A stretch of DNA of 64,000 nt, taken from Micrococcales bacterium (GTDB lineage: Bacteria > Actinomycetota > Actinomycetes > Actinomycetales > WQXJ01). Location of the stretch: the NCBI GenBank assembly GCA_009784895.1, contig WQXJ01000002.1, forward strand, positions 16,903 through 80,902, written 5' to 3'. The first letter of the stretch is position 1. Every line of letters begins with the position of its first letter. Position numbers and translations under genes: made by a program. The notes under the pieces are model-generated. The model worked only from the letters and a program-made list of their open reading frames with translations, had not been told where the DNA came from and did no database searches. Shown piece after piece: positions 9,437 to 19,360 of the stretch.

Positions 9437-11278
9437 ATGGACACTATTTCCATTCCCCCAACCCAGGATCCAGACCCGGCTTGGAGCGTTTCGACCATGC
9501 TGTTGCACCGACTAGAGCGCGACCCGGACGGCACCTTGGTAGAACGAATTCAGCCGGATGGCAGCTGGTCGCCCGTCTCCACCAAGCAGTTCAACGACGA
9601 GGTCATCGCCGTGGCTAGGGGCATGGTTGCGCTTGGTATTGGCGTTGGCGACCGGGTTGGCATAATGGCCCGCACCTCGTATGAATGGACGCTGATCGAT
9701 TACGCTATTTGGGCCGCCGGCGCGGTCTCGGTGCCAATCTACGAGACCAGCTCGGTCAACCAGGTCCAATGGATCATGGCTGACTCAGGCCTGACAGCGG
9801 TCTTTGTCGAGGCTGAAGCCATGGCCCTCAAGGTCGAGGCGGCCAGGGCCAAGGTCACTGAGGTCGAGCAGGTCTGGAACCTCGAACGCGACGCCTTGGT
9901 CGCCCTGAAAGAGGTTGGCCGCTCGGTCCCCATCAGCGAAATTGAGCAAAGGCGCGACCAAACTCGATCTGAGGATCTGGCCACAATCATCTACACCTCG
10001 GGCACCACCGGCCGGCCCAAAGGCACCGAGCTCGACCATTGCCAATTCGTTCGCCTGGCCGTCAACACGATGGAGGACGAGACCGACATTTCCCTCAGCC
10101 CAGTAGTGGCGGACGAAGGCTGTAGGACCTTGCTGTTCCTGCCTCTAGCCCACGTTTTCGCCAGGTTCATCCAGGTGTTGGCCGTTAGCTCCCACACCGT
10201 CCTGGGCCACTGCCCCGATATCTCCAACCTGGTGCCAGCCCTGGGCTCGTTTAGACCGACCTTCTTGCTGGCGGTGCCCAGAGTGCTGGAGAAGGTCTAC
10301 AACTCGGCTGAACAAAAGGCCGGCAAAGGTATCAAGCTCAAGATCTTCCGTTGGGCGGCCAAAGTGGCCATTGTCTACTCCCGGGCGCTTGACACCAAAC
10401 GCGGACCCGGCATCAAGCTTCGCCTGCAGCACCGCCTGGCCGACCGCCTGGTTTATGGCAGCTTGAGGGCCGCCATCGGCGGTAACACCAAATACGCCGT
10501 CTCCGGAGGCGCGCCCTTGGGTAACCGCCTAGGCCACTTCTACCGCGGCATTGGCCTGATTGTGCTGGAAGGCTACGGACTGACCGAAACCACCGCACCG
10601 ATCACCTGCAACCGGATAAACAAGCAGAAGATCGGCTCGGTTGGACTGCCTTTCCCGGGCTGCGCCTGCCAAATTGGGCCAGGCGGGGAAGTCTGGGTCA
10701 AGGGCATCAACGTCTTTTACCGCTACCACAACAACCCTGCCGCCGGCGCAGAAGCACTGCAAGACGGCTGGTTCCACACTGGTGACGTCGGTTACATCGA
10801 CGACGACGGCTACCTCTTCATCACCGGCAGGAAAAAAGAACTGATTGTCACCGCCGGTGGCAAAAACGTCCAGCCGGCCCTGCTAGAAGATCGCCTGCGC
10901 GGCCACCCACTGGTCAGCCAAGTTGTGGTGGTGGGAGATGACCGGCCGTTTGTCGGGGCGTTGATCACTCTTGATGAGGAAATGCTGCCCGGCTGGCTGG
11001 CCAACCACTCGCTTTCCGCCATGAGCCCAGACGAGGCCAGGAGCCACCCGGCGGTTTTGGCTTCGCTTGAACGGGCCGTTCGCCGCACCAACGAAGTAGT
11101 TTCCCGGGCCGAGTCAATCAAAAAGTTCGTGCTGCTGGATGACGATTTCACCGTGCTAAACGGCTACCTGACACCTTCGCTAAAAGTGAAACGAGCCCTA
11201 GTCATCAAGGATTTTGCCCATAGTATTGACGAGCTTTACACTGGTGCCGGACCAGCCCATCAGGTTCCAGAGGGCTAA
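9437..11278 (+). CDS. Long-chain fatty-acid--CoA ligase (AMP-dependent synthetase)
   Basis: IIYTSGTTGRPKG, EGYGLTET and TGDVGYIDDDGYLFITGRKKELI adenylate-forming motifs; 613 aa. Confidence 0.85.
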   Translation: MDTISIPPTQDPDPAWSVSTMLLHRLERDPDGTLVERIQPDGSWSPVSTKQFNDEVIAVARGMVALGIGVGDRVGIMARTSYEWTLIDYAIWAAGAVSVPIYETSSVNQVQWIMADSGLTAVFVEAEAMALKVEAARAKVTEVEQVWNLERDALVALKEVGRSVPISEIEQRRDQTRSEDLATIIYTSGTTGRPKGTELDHCQFVRLAVNTMEDETDISLSPVVADEGCRTLLFLPLAHVFARFIQVLAVSSHTVLGHCPDISNLVPALGSFRPTFLLAVPRVLEKVYNSAEQKAGKGIKLKIFRWAAKVAIVYSRALDTKRGPGIKLRLQHRLADRLVYGSLRAAIGGNTKYAVSGGAPLGNRLGHFYRGIGLIVLEGYGLTETTAPITCNRINKQKIGSVGLPFPGCACQIGPGGEVWVKGINVFYRYHNNPAAGAEALQDGWFHTGDVGYIDDDGYLFITGRKKELIVTAGGKNVQPALLEDRLRGHPLVSQVVVVGDDRPFVGALITLDEEMLPGWLANHSLSAMSPDEARSHPAVLASLERAVRRTNEVVSRAESIKKFVLLDDDFTVLNGYLTPSLKVKRALVIKDFAHSIDELYTGAGPAHQVPEG

Positions 11279-11378
11279 CCCATCGGTGTAGGATAGGCAA
11301 AACTACCCAAAACTAGTCGGTCCGGCCAAGTGGCCACGACCTAACCTTGAAGCTCGACAGACCAACGGAAGGCCACAC

Positions 11379-11975
11379 ATGTCCCACAAGCGCAACAGCG
11401 CCGCGATTGCCCTTGCCCTATGCGCCACATTGGCCGCAGGCGCCCTGACGGCTTGCTCCAACGATGTGGGCCCGCCAACCGAAAACACTGGCATGATCAC
11501 GCCATTCACCATCGAAGACGATTTCTTCGACGAGGTGGTTGAGACCCAGGGCAAACCAGGCAAGGGTTGGTTGTCCGCGCCTTGGGGTGTGGGGGCCAAA
11601 ATCGACGCCAAGTCGACCAAGATTCCCATCATCTACGTGGCCGGAGACACCGCATGCACCGGACCGGCCGGCTTCACCCTGAAAGAGTCAAAGGATGAGG
11701 TCACCATTGGCGTCTACACCATTGAGGTCGAGCGCGAGGGCAAGGACGCCGAAAAGCCCTGCCCAACCAACCCTGCCGGGGTCTTCAAATACGGCTCGGT
11801 CAAACTGAGCGAACCGCTAGGGGACCGCAAGTTGATGCACGCCGGGCTTGAAAAGCGCTATCAGGAGTTCAAGTGGCAGGTTCTCAAGACCGAAGAGCCC
11901 ACCGACAATGAGGGCGAAGACGCCAAAGACACCGAAGACGCCAGCCCCAGCCCCAGCCCGGAGGAAGATCAGTGA
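11379..11975 (+). CDS. Hypothetical lipoprotein
   Basis: N-terminal signal MSHKRNSAAIALALCATLAAGALTAC with a lipobox and an acidic C-terminal tail. I recognise no family. Confidence 0.6.
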   Translation: MSHKRNSAAIALALCATLAAGALTACSNDVGPPTENTGMITPFTIEDDFFDEVVETQGKPGKGWLSAPWGVGAKIDAKSTKIPIIYVAGDTACTGPAGFTLKESKDEVTIGVYTIEVEREGKDAEKPCPTNPAGVFKYGSVKLSEPLGDRKLMHAGLEKRYQEFKWQVLKTEEPTDNEGEDAKDTEDASPSPSPEEDQ

Positions 11976-12253
11976 TCACTGCGGTCGTCATGATTTCGAC
12001 CGAGGCCGCGCTTATCCCTGAGGCGGCCAAAGCCATCGCGGAAATTGACGGCATTGCCGAGGTCTATTCGGTCACCGGTGAGGTCGACCTGATTGCGGTT
12101 GCCAAAGTGCGTCGCCACGAGGATCTGGCCACTGTTATTGCCGACCGTGTTTCAAAGGTGAACGGTGTGGTTCACACCCAGACCTATATCGCCTTCCAGA
12201 CTTACTCCAGTCAGGCCTTGGACCAGGCCTTTTCGTTGGGCCTAGACGACTAG
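11972..12253 (+). CDS. Lrp/AsnC ligand-binding-domain protein (stand-alone RAM domain)
   Basis: 93 aa with VYSVTGEVDLIAVAKV...VHTQTYIAF, typical of the AsnC_trans_reg domain. It overlaps the upstream stop by 4 nt. Confidence 0.7.
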   Translation: MITAVVMISTEAALIPEAAKAIAEIDGIAEVYSVTGEVDLIAVAKVRRHEDLATVIADRVSKVNGVVHTQTYIAFQTYSSQALDQAFSLGLDD

Positions 12254-12302
12254 GGCGGCTTGGCCAGTGCCCGCCGGACGGGTACAACCTGCCGCCCGGG
12301 TT

Positions 12303-12326
12303 CAGCCAGTCCAGGCTTTGGCATGG
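12303..12326. repeat. Solo forward core R6
   Basis: CAGCCAGTCCAGGCTTTGGCATGG, between the Lrp-like gene and the amidase gene. Confidence 0.75.
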
Positions 12327-12367
12327 CCGATGCCGCCTGCCGGCGCCGGCGAGTTGACCTCGCTAGC

Positions 12368-14035
12368 ATGGGCAGCATGTTCAAGCCCGCGGTGGCCCTG
12401 GCGCCACTAACCCTGGCGGTCGGATTGGTGGTGGCGCCGCCTGGCCCTGGCTCGGCTAATACCCTGACAGAACCAGCGGCTCAGGCCCCGCCCGCGGCAG
12501 TGGCAGCTGCCAACCCAAGCCCGGCCTGCGGCATCGGACAGATTATTGTCAGCCCGGATATGACCGGTGACGGGCTGGGCGACATCATCGCCAAGCGGTC
12601 CAACGGTGACCTGTACCTCTACCCCGCCTCCTCCGGAGGCAAGCTGAGCCGAGCGGTCTGGCTTGGCCACGGTTGGGGCCCTTTCACCATTCACTCGCCC
12701 GGGGATTGGAATGGTGACGGCCTGAATGACCTGCTGGCCGTCGACGATGCCGGCTTACTGTGGCTTTATCCGTCAAAAGCCTGGGGCCAACTTGGTGCGC
12801 GCAAGCAGATTGGCCACGGTTGGGGCTCCCTGCGGGTTATTGCCGCTGGCGACGTCACCGGCGATGGCAAACCTGATTTGCTGGCTATCAACGCGGCGGG
12901 TGAGCTGCTGGTTTACGCCGGCAACGGCACAGGCGGTTTCAAGACTTCAGCCAGGCGGATTGGGGCAGGCTGGGGCCAGCTTGAGGCTTATGGCGCCGGC
13001 GACCTGACCCGCGACGGCAAGCCTGACCTGTTGGCACTCGACTCGGCCGGCAACCTGATGCTGTATGCCGGGCGGGGCAATGGCGCGCTCGCCTCACCGG
13101 TCCAAATTGGGCATGGCTGGAATCCCTACTATCTGGCAGCGGGCGCGGACCTGACCGGTGATGGCGTGGCTGACCTGGTGGGCCGCGATAACGCCAGCGG
13201 CTTGCTTTGGCTTTATCCGGGCAAAGGCAACGGTCGGCTGGCGGCGAGCAAACAGATTGGTACCGGCTGGAACGGATCAGACAGCTGTCCGGCAAAGGCT
13301 ATGGCCTGCCAGGTCAGTGGCCACCAGACCGTGGTCTACCTCGATCCGGGCCACGGCGCCAATGTCACGCCGCGAGCGGCCACTTCTGGCGGCTCCAAAG
13401 GTGTGATTTCCGGGGAATCGGCCAACGGCGTTGAGGACATAGAGGTCTTCGCCGTGGCGTCTCAGGCCAAGGCGCTGCTGGAAAAGGCCGGCTACAAAGT
13501 GGTGCTGTCCCGCACCACCAATCCAGACCGGGCCAAATTGGCCCTTTGGCAGAAGGGCAACGCCGCCGAGGTCGCCAACTTGGGCCGCCCGGCCGATATC
13601 GCCATTTCCATCCACACCGATTCCTACGCCTCGGTTGGTGCCGGCCAGATTTACTACGACAAGGTGGGCGGATACCGGCAAAACAACGGCTCGTCGTTCC
13701 GTCAAACCTTCACCAACAAGACCACCGCCGCCACTTCGTTGCGCTACGCCAAGGTCTTTCAGAGCGTGCGCGGCGCCTACCAGAAGGCCACCGTCACCAT
13801 GACCGCCGGTCACAACTTTCCGGCATCGCGCGGACTTGGTTCATTCGGTGATATTCCGATTGTGATGCTCTCGGCCCAGTCAGTGCCATGGGTCTATAAC
13901 GAGTTTGGACGCACTAGTGCCAAGGGCCTGTCCACAGCCCAGATCAACCTCTACGTTAACTCGCTGGTCAATGCGACCAAACAGGCGATTGGGCCGGCCG
14001 CAGGCAGCGGCAAGGTGACTATCACCTGCCCCTAA
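12368..14035 (+). CDS. Secreted FG-GAP/VCBS-repeat protein fused to an N-acetylmuramoyl-L-alanine amidase (Amidase_3)
   Basis: Signal peptide MGSMFKPAVALAPLTLAVGLVVAPPGPGSA. Five to seven repeats of D(M/W/V/L)TGDG..DL.. with GHGW spacers. The C-terminus has VVYLDPGHGANV...SIHTDS of the amidase domain. The track start at 12260 spans a repeat core, so I use the ATG at 12368. Confidence 0.8.
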   Translation: MGSMFKPAVALAPLTLAVGLVVAPPGPGSANTLTEPAAQAPPAAVAAANPSPACGIGQIIVSPDMTGDGLGDIIAKRSNGDLYLYPASSGGKLSRAVWLGHGWGPFTIHSPGDWNGDGLNDLLAVDDAGLLWLYPSKAWGQLGARKQIGHGWGSLRVIAAGDVTGDGKPDLLAINAAGELLVYAGNGTGGFKTSARRIGAGWGQLEAYGAGDLTRDGKPDLLALDSAGNLMLYAGRGNGALASPVQIGHGWNPYYLAAGADLTGDGVADLVGRDNASGLLWLYPGKGNGRLAASKQIGTGWNGSDSCPAKAMACQVSGHQTVVYLDPGHGANVTPRAATSGGSKGVISGESANGVEDIEVFAVASQAKALLEKAGYKVVLSRTTNPDRAKLALWQKGNAAEVANLGRPADIAISIHTDSYASVGAGQIYYDKVGGYRQNNGSSFRQTFTNKTTAATSLRYAKVFQSVRGAYQKATVTMTAGHNFPASRGLGSFGDIPIVMLSAQSVPWVYNEFGRTSAKGLSTAQINLYVNSLVNATKQAIGPAAGSGKVTITCP

Positions 14036-14125
14036 TCGTGCTCCTGGCGGCGGGTCTGGCCGATGCGCGGACAGGTTGCGGCACCATTGCGGCACCTTTG
14101 GCGCCCTCTCAGCCGGACCGTCGCC

Positions 14126-14428
14126 CGCGAGGTTGGGGTTTGGCATCATGCCGTGCTGCCAAACCCTGGACTCGGTGGAACAGCGAAGCTGGCTAGCTCT
14201 GACACCCGCTCTGCAGCGAGGTTGGGGTTTGGCATGATGCCGTGCTGCCAAACCCTGGACTCGGTGATGTGAGGGGTGGTGGTGCCAAACCCTGGACTCG
14301 GTGGAACAGCGAAGCTGGCTAGCTCTGACACCCGCACTGCAGCGAGGTTGGGGTTTGGCATCATGCCGTGCTGCCAAACCCTGGACTCGGTGATGTGAGG
14401 GGTGGTGGTGCCAAACCCTGGCCTCGCG
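14126..14428. repeat. Core-repeat array R7 (amidase / trpD convergent region)
   Basis: The hairpin unit CGAGGTTGGGGTTTGGCATCATGCCGTGCTGCCAAACCCTGGACTCGG occurs three times, with two alternating spacers, one carrying an extra inverted core. There are about 8 cores, and the array ends 2 nt from the trpD stop. Confidence 0.95.
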
Positions 14429-14430
14429 GC

Positions 14431-15600
14431 TTAGGCGGCGGATTGGGAGTGGTGGACCCAGCTGCCCAGCAGCTTCGCGGCAGCGCCGGAGTCGATGGCG
14501 GCGCGAGCCTGGTCCAGGCCTGCCGCCAGGCGGTCGACCAGGCCGGCGGTCGTCCTGGTGGCCCCTCCACCTGGGCCAACGACTCCCCCAGTGTCACCTC
14601 CGCCAGTGGCACCCACCGGGCTGCCTCCAGCTGGGTCGGCGCCGACATCGGGCAAAGCCTGAGACTCCTGATCCCCAGCCGCTTCCAACGCCACCAAAGC
14701 CGCAGCCGCGTTGAGCTCAACCGTCTGGCGCACGGCGCCTCCCCCGCCCGCCAGCACATTCCTAGCCATGGCGGCATTAACCGAAGGCGAGCCGCCGCGC
14801 AGGTCCGCCACCGTGATCCGGTCCAGGCCAAGGTCAGCCGCCGGATCAAGCCGGTGTTCAGTCAGCTCGCCACCAGCCGCCCACCAAATGGTGGCCCGGC
14901 CGGTAGCGGCTAACTCGTCCAGGCCATCGTCGCCCCGAAAGACCAAGGCGCTGATACCCCGTTTGGCCAGCACACCAGCCATCAAAGGGGCCATCGTCGC
15001 CTTGGCGCAACCAATGGCCGCGGCCCGCGGTTGGGCCGGATTCGTCATCGGGCCCAAGAAATTGAAGACCGTTGCCACGCCCAAAGCCGAGCGGGTGGTG
15101 GCAGCGTGACGCATCGACGGGTGGAACATTTGCGCGAAGAGGAAGGCGATTCCAACCTGGGAGTAAACCGCGCTAACGGCACCAGGCGACATCGTCAGCC
15201 TGACCCCTAACGCCTCGAGCAAATCCGCGCTCCCAGAACTGGAACTGGCCGCCCGGTTGCCGTGTTTGACCACCCGGGCGCCGGTCCCGGCCGCCACCAG
15301 CGCCGCCATGGTCGAAATGTTGTGGGTGCCGGCCCTATCCCCACCGGTGCCGACAATGTCAACCGCCGGGCCAGGCAACTCGATCCGGTGGGCGTGGTCC
15401 AGCATCGAACGGCTGAGGCCGTCTAGCTCATCGACCGTTTCGCCTTTGGCCCGCAAGGCCACCAAGAAACCGCCCAAAGCAACCGGATTGGCCTCGCCAG
15501 CCATGACCTCGTCCATTGCCCAGGCCGCCTGGGCAGCACTCAAATCCTGGCCCTCGATCAGTTGAGTGATCAGCCCGGGCCAGCTTGGTTGGGCTGGCAC
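14431..15600 (-). CDS. trpD: Anthranilate phosphoribosyltransferase
   Basis: [17 protein letters not shown] and KHGNRAASS motifs. It carries a ~40-aa Gly-rich insertion before the last helix. Confidence 0.9.
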   Translation of the reverse strand: MPAQPSWPGLITQLIEGQDLSAAQAAWAMDEVMAGEANPVALGGFLVALRAKGETVDELDGLSRSMLDHAHRIELPGPAVDIVGTGGDRAGTHNISTMAALVAAGTGARVVKHGNRAASSSSGSADLLEALGVRLTMSPGAVSAVYSQVGIAFLFAQMFHPSMRHAATTRSALGVATVFNFLGPMTNPAQPRAAAIGCAKATMAPLMAGVLAKRGISALVFRGDDGLDELAATGRATIWWAAGGELTEHRLDPAADLGLDRITVADLRGGSPSVNAAMARNVLAGGGGAVRQTVELNAAAALVALEAAGDQESQALPDVGADPAGGSPVGATGGGDTGGVVGPGGGATRTTAGLVDRLAAGLDQARAAIDSGAAAKLLGSWVHHSQSAA

Positions 15601-15605
15601 CGAGG

Positions 15606-16055
15606 TCAGTCGTCGTCGAGCTGCAGAATATCGGTCACCCGGGCACGCAGCTCAAAGGGATCAAGCGGCCGGGCGACAGCTGCATCGGCCCCGGACCAGG
15701 CGGCCAACCAGGCGTCTTGCTGACGTGCCAGCACCAGCATGATGGTGGGTCGCCAACCCAGTTCCTGGCGCAACTGCCGGGTCAGGCCGACGCCGCCAAG
15801 TTTGCCGGTCTCGTTGTCTCCAATGATCAGGTCGAATTGCTTGTCTTCGCACTCCATCACCGCCACGGCCGGCGTGGCCACCTCGGTCCACTCGACGGCC
15901 AGACCGCGGGCGCCGATCTTCTCCCCCACGCCACGGCGTATTTCTTGGCGGGCCAAGGCGTTGTCACCGTACAGCATGATCGAGACGGTGCCGGCCGTTG
16001 AGGCACCGGAGGTCGGGGTGGCTGTGGCTTGGTCCAGATCAGCGGTAGACGTCAT
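15606..16055 (-). CDS. Single-domain response-regulator receiver-like protein (atypical)
   Basis: 149 aa with a CheY-like pattern (MLYGD..., [21 protein letters not shown]). The conserved Lys position reads VARPLDP (Arg). It sits 5 nt upstream of trpD. Confidence 0.6.
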   Translation of the reverse strand: MTSTADLDQATATPTSGASTAGTVSIMLYGDNALARQEIRRGVGEKIGARGLAVEWTEVATPAVAVMECEDKQFDLIIGDNETGKLGGVGLTRQLRQELGWRPTIMLVLARQQDAWLAAWSGADAAVARPLDPFELRARVTDILQLDDD

Positions 16056-16147
16056 GGTTCAAGGCTACATCGCCAGGCCAGCCAACGCCCAAAAACGACA
16101 TAAGATTGTGACGGCAAATGGCCCACCAATCGAGAGACAGGACTCCA

Positions 16148-16747
16148 ATGAGCGTCTACACCCTGCCTGACCTCCCATACGACTATTCAGCCCTCGAACC
16201 GCATATCTCCGCCCGCATCATGGAGTTGCATCACGACAAGCACCACGCCACCTACGTGGCCGGGGCCAATACCGCGCTCGAACAGCTGGCCGAGGCCCGC
16301 GACAAGTCCAACTTTGCCGCCCTGAACAAACTGGAAAAGGACCTGGCCTTCAATGTGGCCGGCCACGTCAACCACGGCGTTTTCTGGCAGAACCTGACGC
16401 CGGATTCTTCGGCCACGCCAACTGGCGCTATCGCCGCCGCCCTAGACGCCGGCTTTGGTTCCTTCGACGCCTTTAAGGCCCAATTCTCCGCCGCCGCCCT
16501 GGGCATTCAGGGTTCTGGCTGGGCCATGTTGGGCTATGACCCGCTGGGCGGCCAGCTCATCATCAACCAGGTCTTCGACCACCAGGCCAACTTGGCGCCG
16601 GGCACGGTGCCGCTGCTGCTGCTCGACATGTGGGAGCACGCCTTCTACCTCGATTACGTCAATGTCAAACCGGAGTGGGTGGCGGCTTTCTGGAACATTG
16701 TCAATTGGGCCGATGTCGAAGCTCGCCTGGGGGCGGCCACCGCCTAG
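16148..16747 (+). CDS. sodA: Superoxide dismutase [Mn/Fe]
   Basis: [19 protein letters not shown] and [11 protein letters not shown] motifs. The start at 16148 gives the canonical N-terminus; the track start is 16118. Confidence 0.9.
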   Translation: MSVYTLPDLPYDYSALEPHISARIMELHHDKHHATYVAGANTALEQLAEARDKSNFAALNKLEKDLAFNVAGHVNHGVFWQNLTPDSSATPTGAIAAALDAGFGSFDAFKAQFSAAALGIQGSGWAMLGYDPLGGQLIINQVFDHQANLAPGTVPLLLLDMWEHAFYLDYVNVKPEWVAAFWNIVNWADVEARLGAATA

Positions 16748-16758
16748 TCCCGCAGTTC

Positions 16759-16884
16759 TCCCCTCTCCAATCGCGAGTTCAGGGTTTGGCAGCACCCCCG
16801 CGACCGAGTTCAGGGTTTGGCATGGCGCCCAAGCTCGGACTCGCGTCAAGGTGGCTGGGATGATGCCAAAGCTCGGACTCGCGT
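16759..16884. repeat. Core-repeat array R8 (sodA / M20 convergent region)
   Basis: Two forward cores (GAGTTCAGGGTTTGGCA) then two inverted cores (CCAAGCTCGGACTCGCG, TGCCAAAGCTCGGACTCGCG). Confidence 0.9.
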
Positions 16885-16910
16885 GAAGCGGTGAGTGGGG
16901 CCGGCGGGCA

Positions 16911-18278
16911 TCAGCCACCTAACGCGGTCTCACCCAGCCGGCGCAGCAGTAGTACCTCGGCCAAAATTGCCTTTTCAAGCAGGTCCAGGCTGACCGATTC
17001 GTCAGAGGAATGAGGCCGCGAAGCCGGATCCAGCACGCCCGTTAGCAAAACCTCGATTGGCGCCATGGCTTGGCTCAGCAGGCTGGCCAGTGGGATCGAA
17101 CCGCCCACACCCAGGTGAACCGGCGGCGTGCCGAAGGCCTCGGCTAACGCCCACTCGGCCGCCTGGGCGCCCGGTCCGGATAGATCAGCCAAGAAACCGT
17201 CACCGGTGGCCGCAACCTCGATTTCCAGTTCGGCCCCAAAACGCGGCTGGGCTTCTAAGTGGCGTGTCAGCGCGGCCGCCGCCGTGTCGACCGGTTTTCC
17301 GGGCGGCACGCGCAACGAAATCACCGCCGTGGCTTGGGGCAGGATCACGTTAGACACTTCTGCCCGGCGAGGCGCGTCGAAACCGACCAGGTCAATGGCC
17401 GCCTGGTGCCAGGTTTGGTCGGCGATTGAGCCTGACCCAACCAGCGGCACCGAATCGAGCAAACCGGTAACTTCCCGGTACTGGTCCTCAGGGAGGTCGA
17501 GCTGGCTTTGGCCGGTTTGCTCCAGGCCGGCCACGGCGACATCGCCCCGCTCGTCGTGCAGGCTCGCCACCAGCCGAGCCAAAATGACGCCGGCGTCCAT
17601 GACAGGCCCGCCATAGCCGGAGTGGGAGGGAAAGCTGGCCACCCGCACTGTGACGTGAACCTCAACCACGCCTCGCAACGACGTTGTCAAGGCGGGGACC
17701 TGGTAAGACCAGTTGTCCGAGTCCGCCACCACCGCGACATCGGCCGCCAGCACCTTGGCGTTTTCCGCCATCAGCCGGGCCAAAGTCGGTGAAGCCGATT
17801 CTTCCTCGCCTTCTATCAGCAACGCCACCCCCACGGCCGTGTCCTGGCCCAAGACCCGCAAAGCCGCCAGGTGGGCGACCACGCCGCCGCCGTCATCGGC
17901 GCTGCCCCTGCCAATTAGCCGGCCATCCTTGACGACGGGTTCGAAGGGGTCGGTTGACCAGTCGCCGGCCACGGGCTGAACGTCGTGGTGGGCGTAGAGC
18001 AGCACGGTTGGGGCGCCCGATGCCGCCGCCTTGCGTCCAATCACAGCCGGCGCGCCCGGGCGGCCGGTGGCGTCTTTGGCCCAAACCACCTCAACACCGG
18101 GTAGGCCTGTGGCTCTGGCCATGGCCGCGACCTGAGCGGCCGAGGCCGCCACCTGCTCGCCCGGCCCATCTGGCGAGGCGAAGGACTCGATGCGGACCAG
18201 GGTTTTGAGTTGGTGCACTACATCAGGCATTTGGGCGGCCACGGCCGCTCTGAGGGCTTCGACTTCGGCTTTGGTCAT
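16911..18278 (-). CDS. M20-family dipeptidase / desuccinylase-like metallohydrolase
   Basis: LLYAHHDVQP, GRGSADDGGG and LIEGEEES metal-site motifs. The track ORF (to 18572) reads through a repeat array, so I use the internal ATG at 18278 (MTKAEVEALRAAV). Confidence 0.8.
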   Translation of the reverse strand: MTKAEVEALRAAVAAQMPDVVHQLKTLVRIESFASPDGPGEQVAASAAQVAAMARATGLPGVEVVWAKDATGRPGAPAVIGRKAAASGAPTVLLYAHHDVQPVAGDWSTDPFEPVVKDGRLIGRGSADDGGGVVAHLAALRVLGQDTAVGVALLIEGEEESASPTLARLMAENAKVLAADVAVVADSDNWSYQVPALTTSLRGVVEVHVTVRVASFPSHSGYGGPVMDAGVILARLVASLHDERGDVAVAGLEQTGQSQLDLPEDQYREVTGLLDSVPLVGSGSIADQTWHQAAIDLVGFDAPRRAEVSNVILPQATAVISLRVPPGKPVDTAAAALTRHLEAQPRFGAELEIEVAATGDGFLADLSGPGAQAAEWALAEAFGTPPVHLGVGGSIPLASLLSQAMAPIEVLLTGVLDPASRPHSSDESVSLDLLEKAILAEVLLLRRLGETALGG

Positions 18279-18370
18279 GGGTGCAACCGTACGCCCTGCC
18301 CTGTGGCTTGGCTTTGCCGGCACCAGCACCAAACAGCCCGCCGCCTCCCCCACCGCGCCAACCGCCAATT

Positions 18371-18482
18371 CCCCCAGTCCGAGCTTTGACACCAGCAGGT
18401 TTGACACCAACGCGCCGAGTCCGAGGCCTGGCACCACATCCGCGAGTCCGAGGCCTGGCATGATGACAAACCCTGAACGCGG
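18371..18482. repeat. Core-repeat array R9 (M20 / DUF3043 divergent region)
   Basis: Forward cores CAGTCCGAGCTTTGACACCA and GAGTCCGAGGCCTGGCA (twice), then inverted TGACAAACCCTGAACGCGG. The array lies inside track ORF 16911..18572. Confidence 0.85.
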
Positions 18483-18538
18483 TTGGGTGGCTGCGGCCCG
18501 GCCCATCGCCGGGCGCACTGACCAGGCCCAGTAGGCTA

Positions 18539-19267
18539 TTGGCCGTGCGTGATTCGACCGACAAGTCAGCAAAGGGGTCCAAAGCCAAACCCGCGTCCGG
18601 CGTAAAAGGGGGCAAGCCGGAAAAGGCCACAGCCAAGGACAAACCGGGCAAAGCCGGCTCCAAGGCCAAAGCCAAACAGGCAGCCAAACCGCCCGCCGAA
18701 GAGGTCATCGACACCCGACCGCCGGGCCAACGCGCCAAAGGCCGGGCTACGCCATCGCGCAAAGAAGTCGAAAAAGCCAAGGCCCAACCCTTTGTGGGCA
18801 AAACCAAAGCCAAAACAAGTTCCATGACCAAGGAGCAGCGGCGCAAGGCCAGCCAGGAAGCCCGCGAACGCTACGCCCACGCCATGAGGACCGGCGAGGA
18901 GCGCTACTTGCCGGCCCGTGACAGGGGGCCCATCAAACGCTGGACCAGGAACTACATCGATTCCAGACGGTCCATGAGCGAATACCTGATTTTCATCACC
19001 CTGGGCATGCTGGTCTTCGTGATGGTGTTGCAGTCCTCATTCCCGGCCCTGGCCGGCCTGGGTTTGCTGGGCATGTACCTGATCATCTTCATCGTCATTG
19101 GCGAGGCCTACTTCAAGGCCCGCAGGCTCCGCCAGGCCTTGTACGCCAAGTTTGGCCAAGACAATGTGCCCAAGGGTTCGGTCCGTTACGGTGTGGTCCG
19201 CTCGTTCCAGTTCCGCCGCTCGCGCCAACCCAAACCCCAGGTCAAAGTGGGCGAGGACCCCGGCTAG
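18539..19267 (+). CDS. DUF3043 domain-containing membrane protein
   Basis: Lys-rich N-terminus, then RYLPARDRGPIKRWTRNYIDSRRSMSEYLIFITLGML and two TM helices, as in the actinobacterial DUF3043 family. Confidence 0.75.
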   Translation: MAVRDSTDKSAKGSKAKPASGVKGGKPEKATAKDKPGKAGSKAKAKQAAKPPAEEVIDTRPPGQRAKGRATPSRKEVEKAKAQPFVGKTKAKTSSMTKEQRRKASQEARERYAHAMRTGEERYLPARDRGPIKRWTRNYIDSRRSMSEYLIFITLGMLVFVMVLQSSFPALAGLGLLGMYLIIFIVIGEAYFKARRLRQALYAKFGQDNVPKGSVRYGVVRSFQFRRSRQPKPQVKVGEDPG

Positions 19268-19282
19268 CTAAGCCGCAACAAG

Positions 19283-19342
19283 GGGTGGTGCCAAACCCTG
19301 GACTCGCGGTTGTCGGGGTGGTGCGAAACCCTGGACTCGCGG
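19283..19342. repeat. Core-repeat array R10 (DUF3043 / pyrD)
   Basis: Two inverted copies: GGTGCCAAACCCTGGACTCGCGG and GGTGCGAAACCCTGGACTCGCGG. Confidence 0.9.
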
Positions 19343-19360
19343 TTGCGGTTGCAGGACGGG

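Noticed and set aside
15606-16055. Receiver-like protein next to trpD as part of a novel signalling system.
   Set aside because: It is a single small CheY-like domain with a degenerate Lys position and no partner kinase nearby. I list it as a feature but see insufficient evidence for anything beyond an orphan or atypical receiver.
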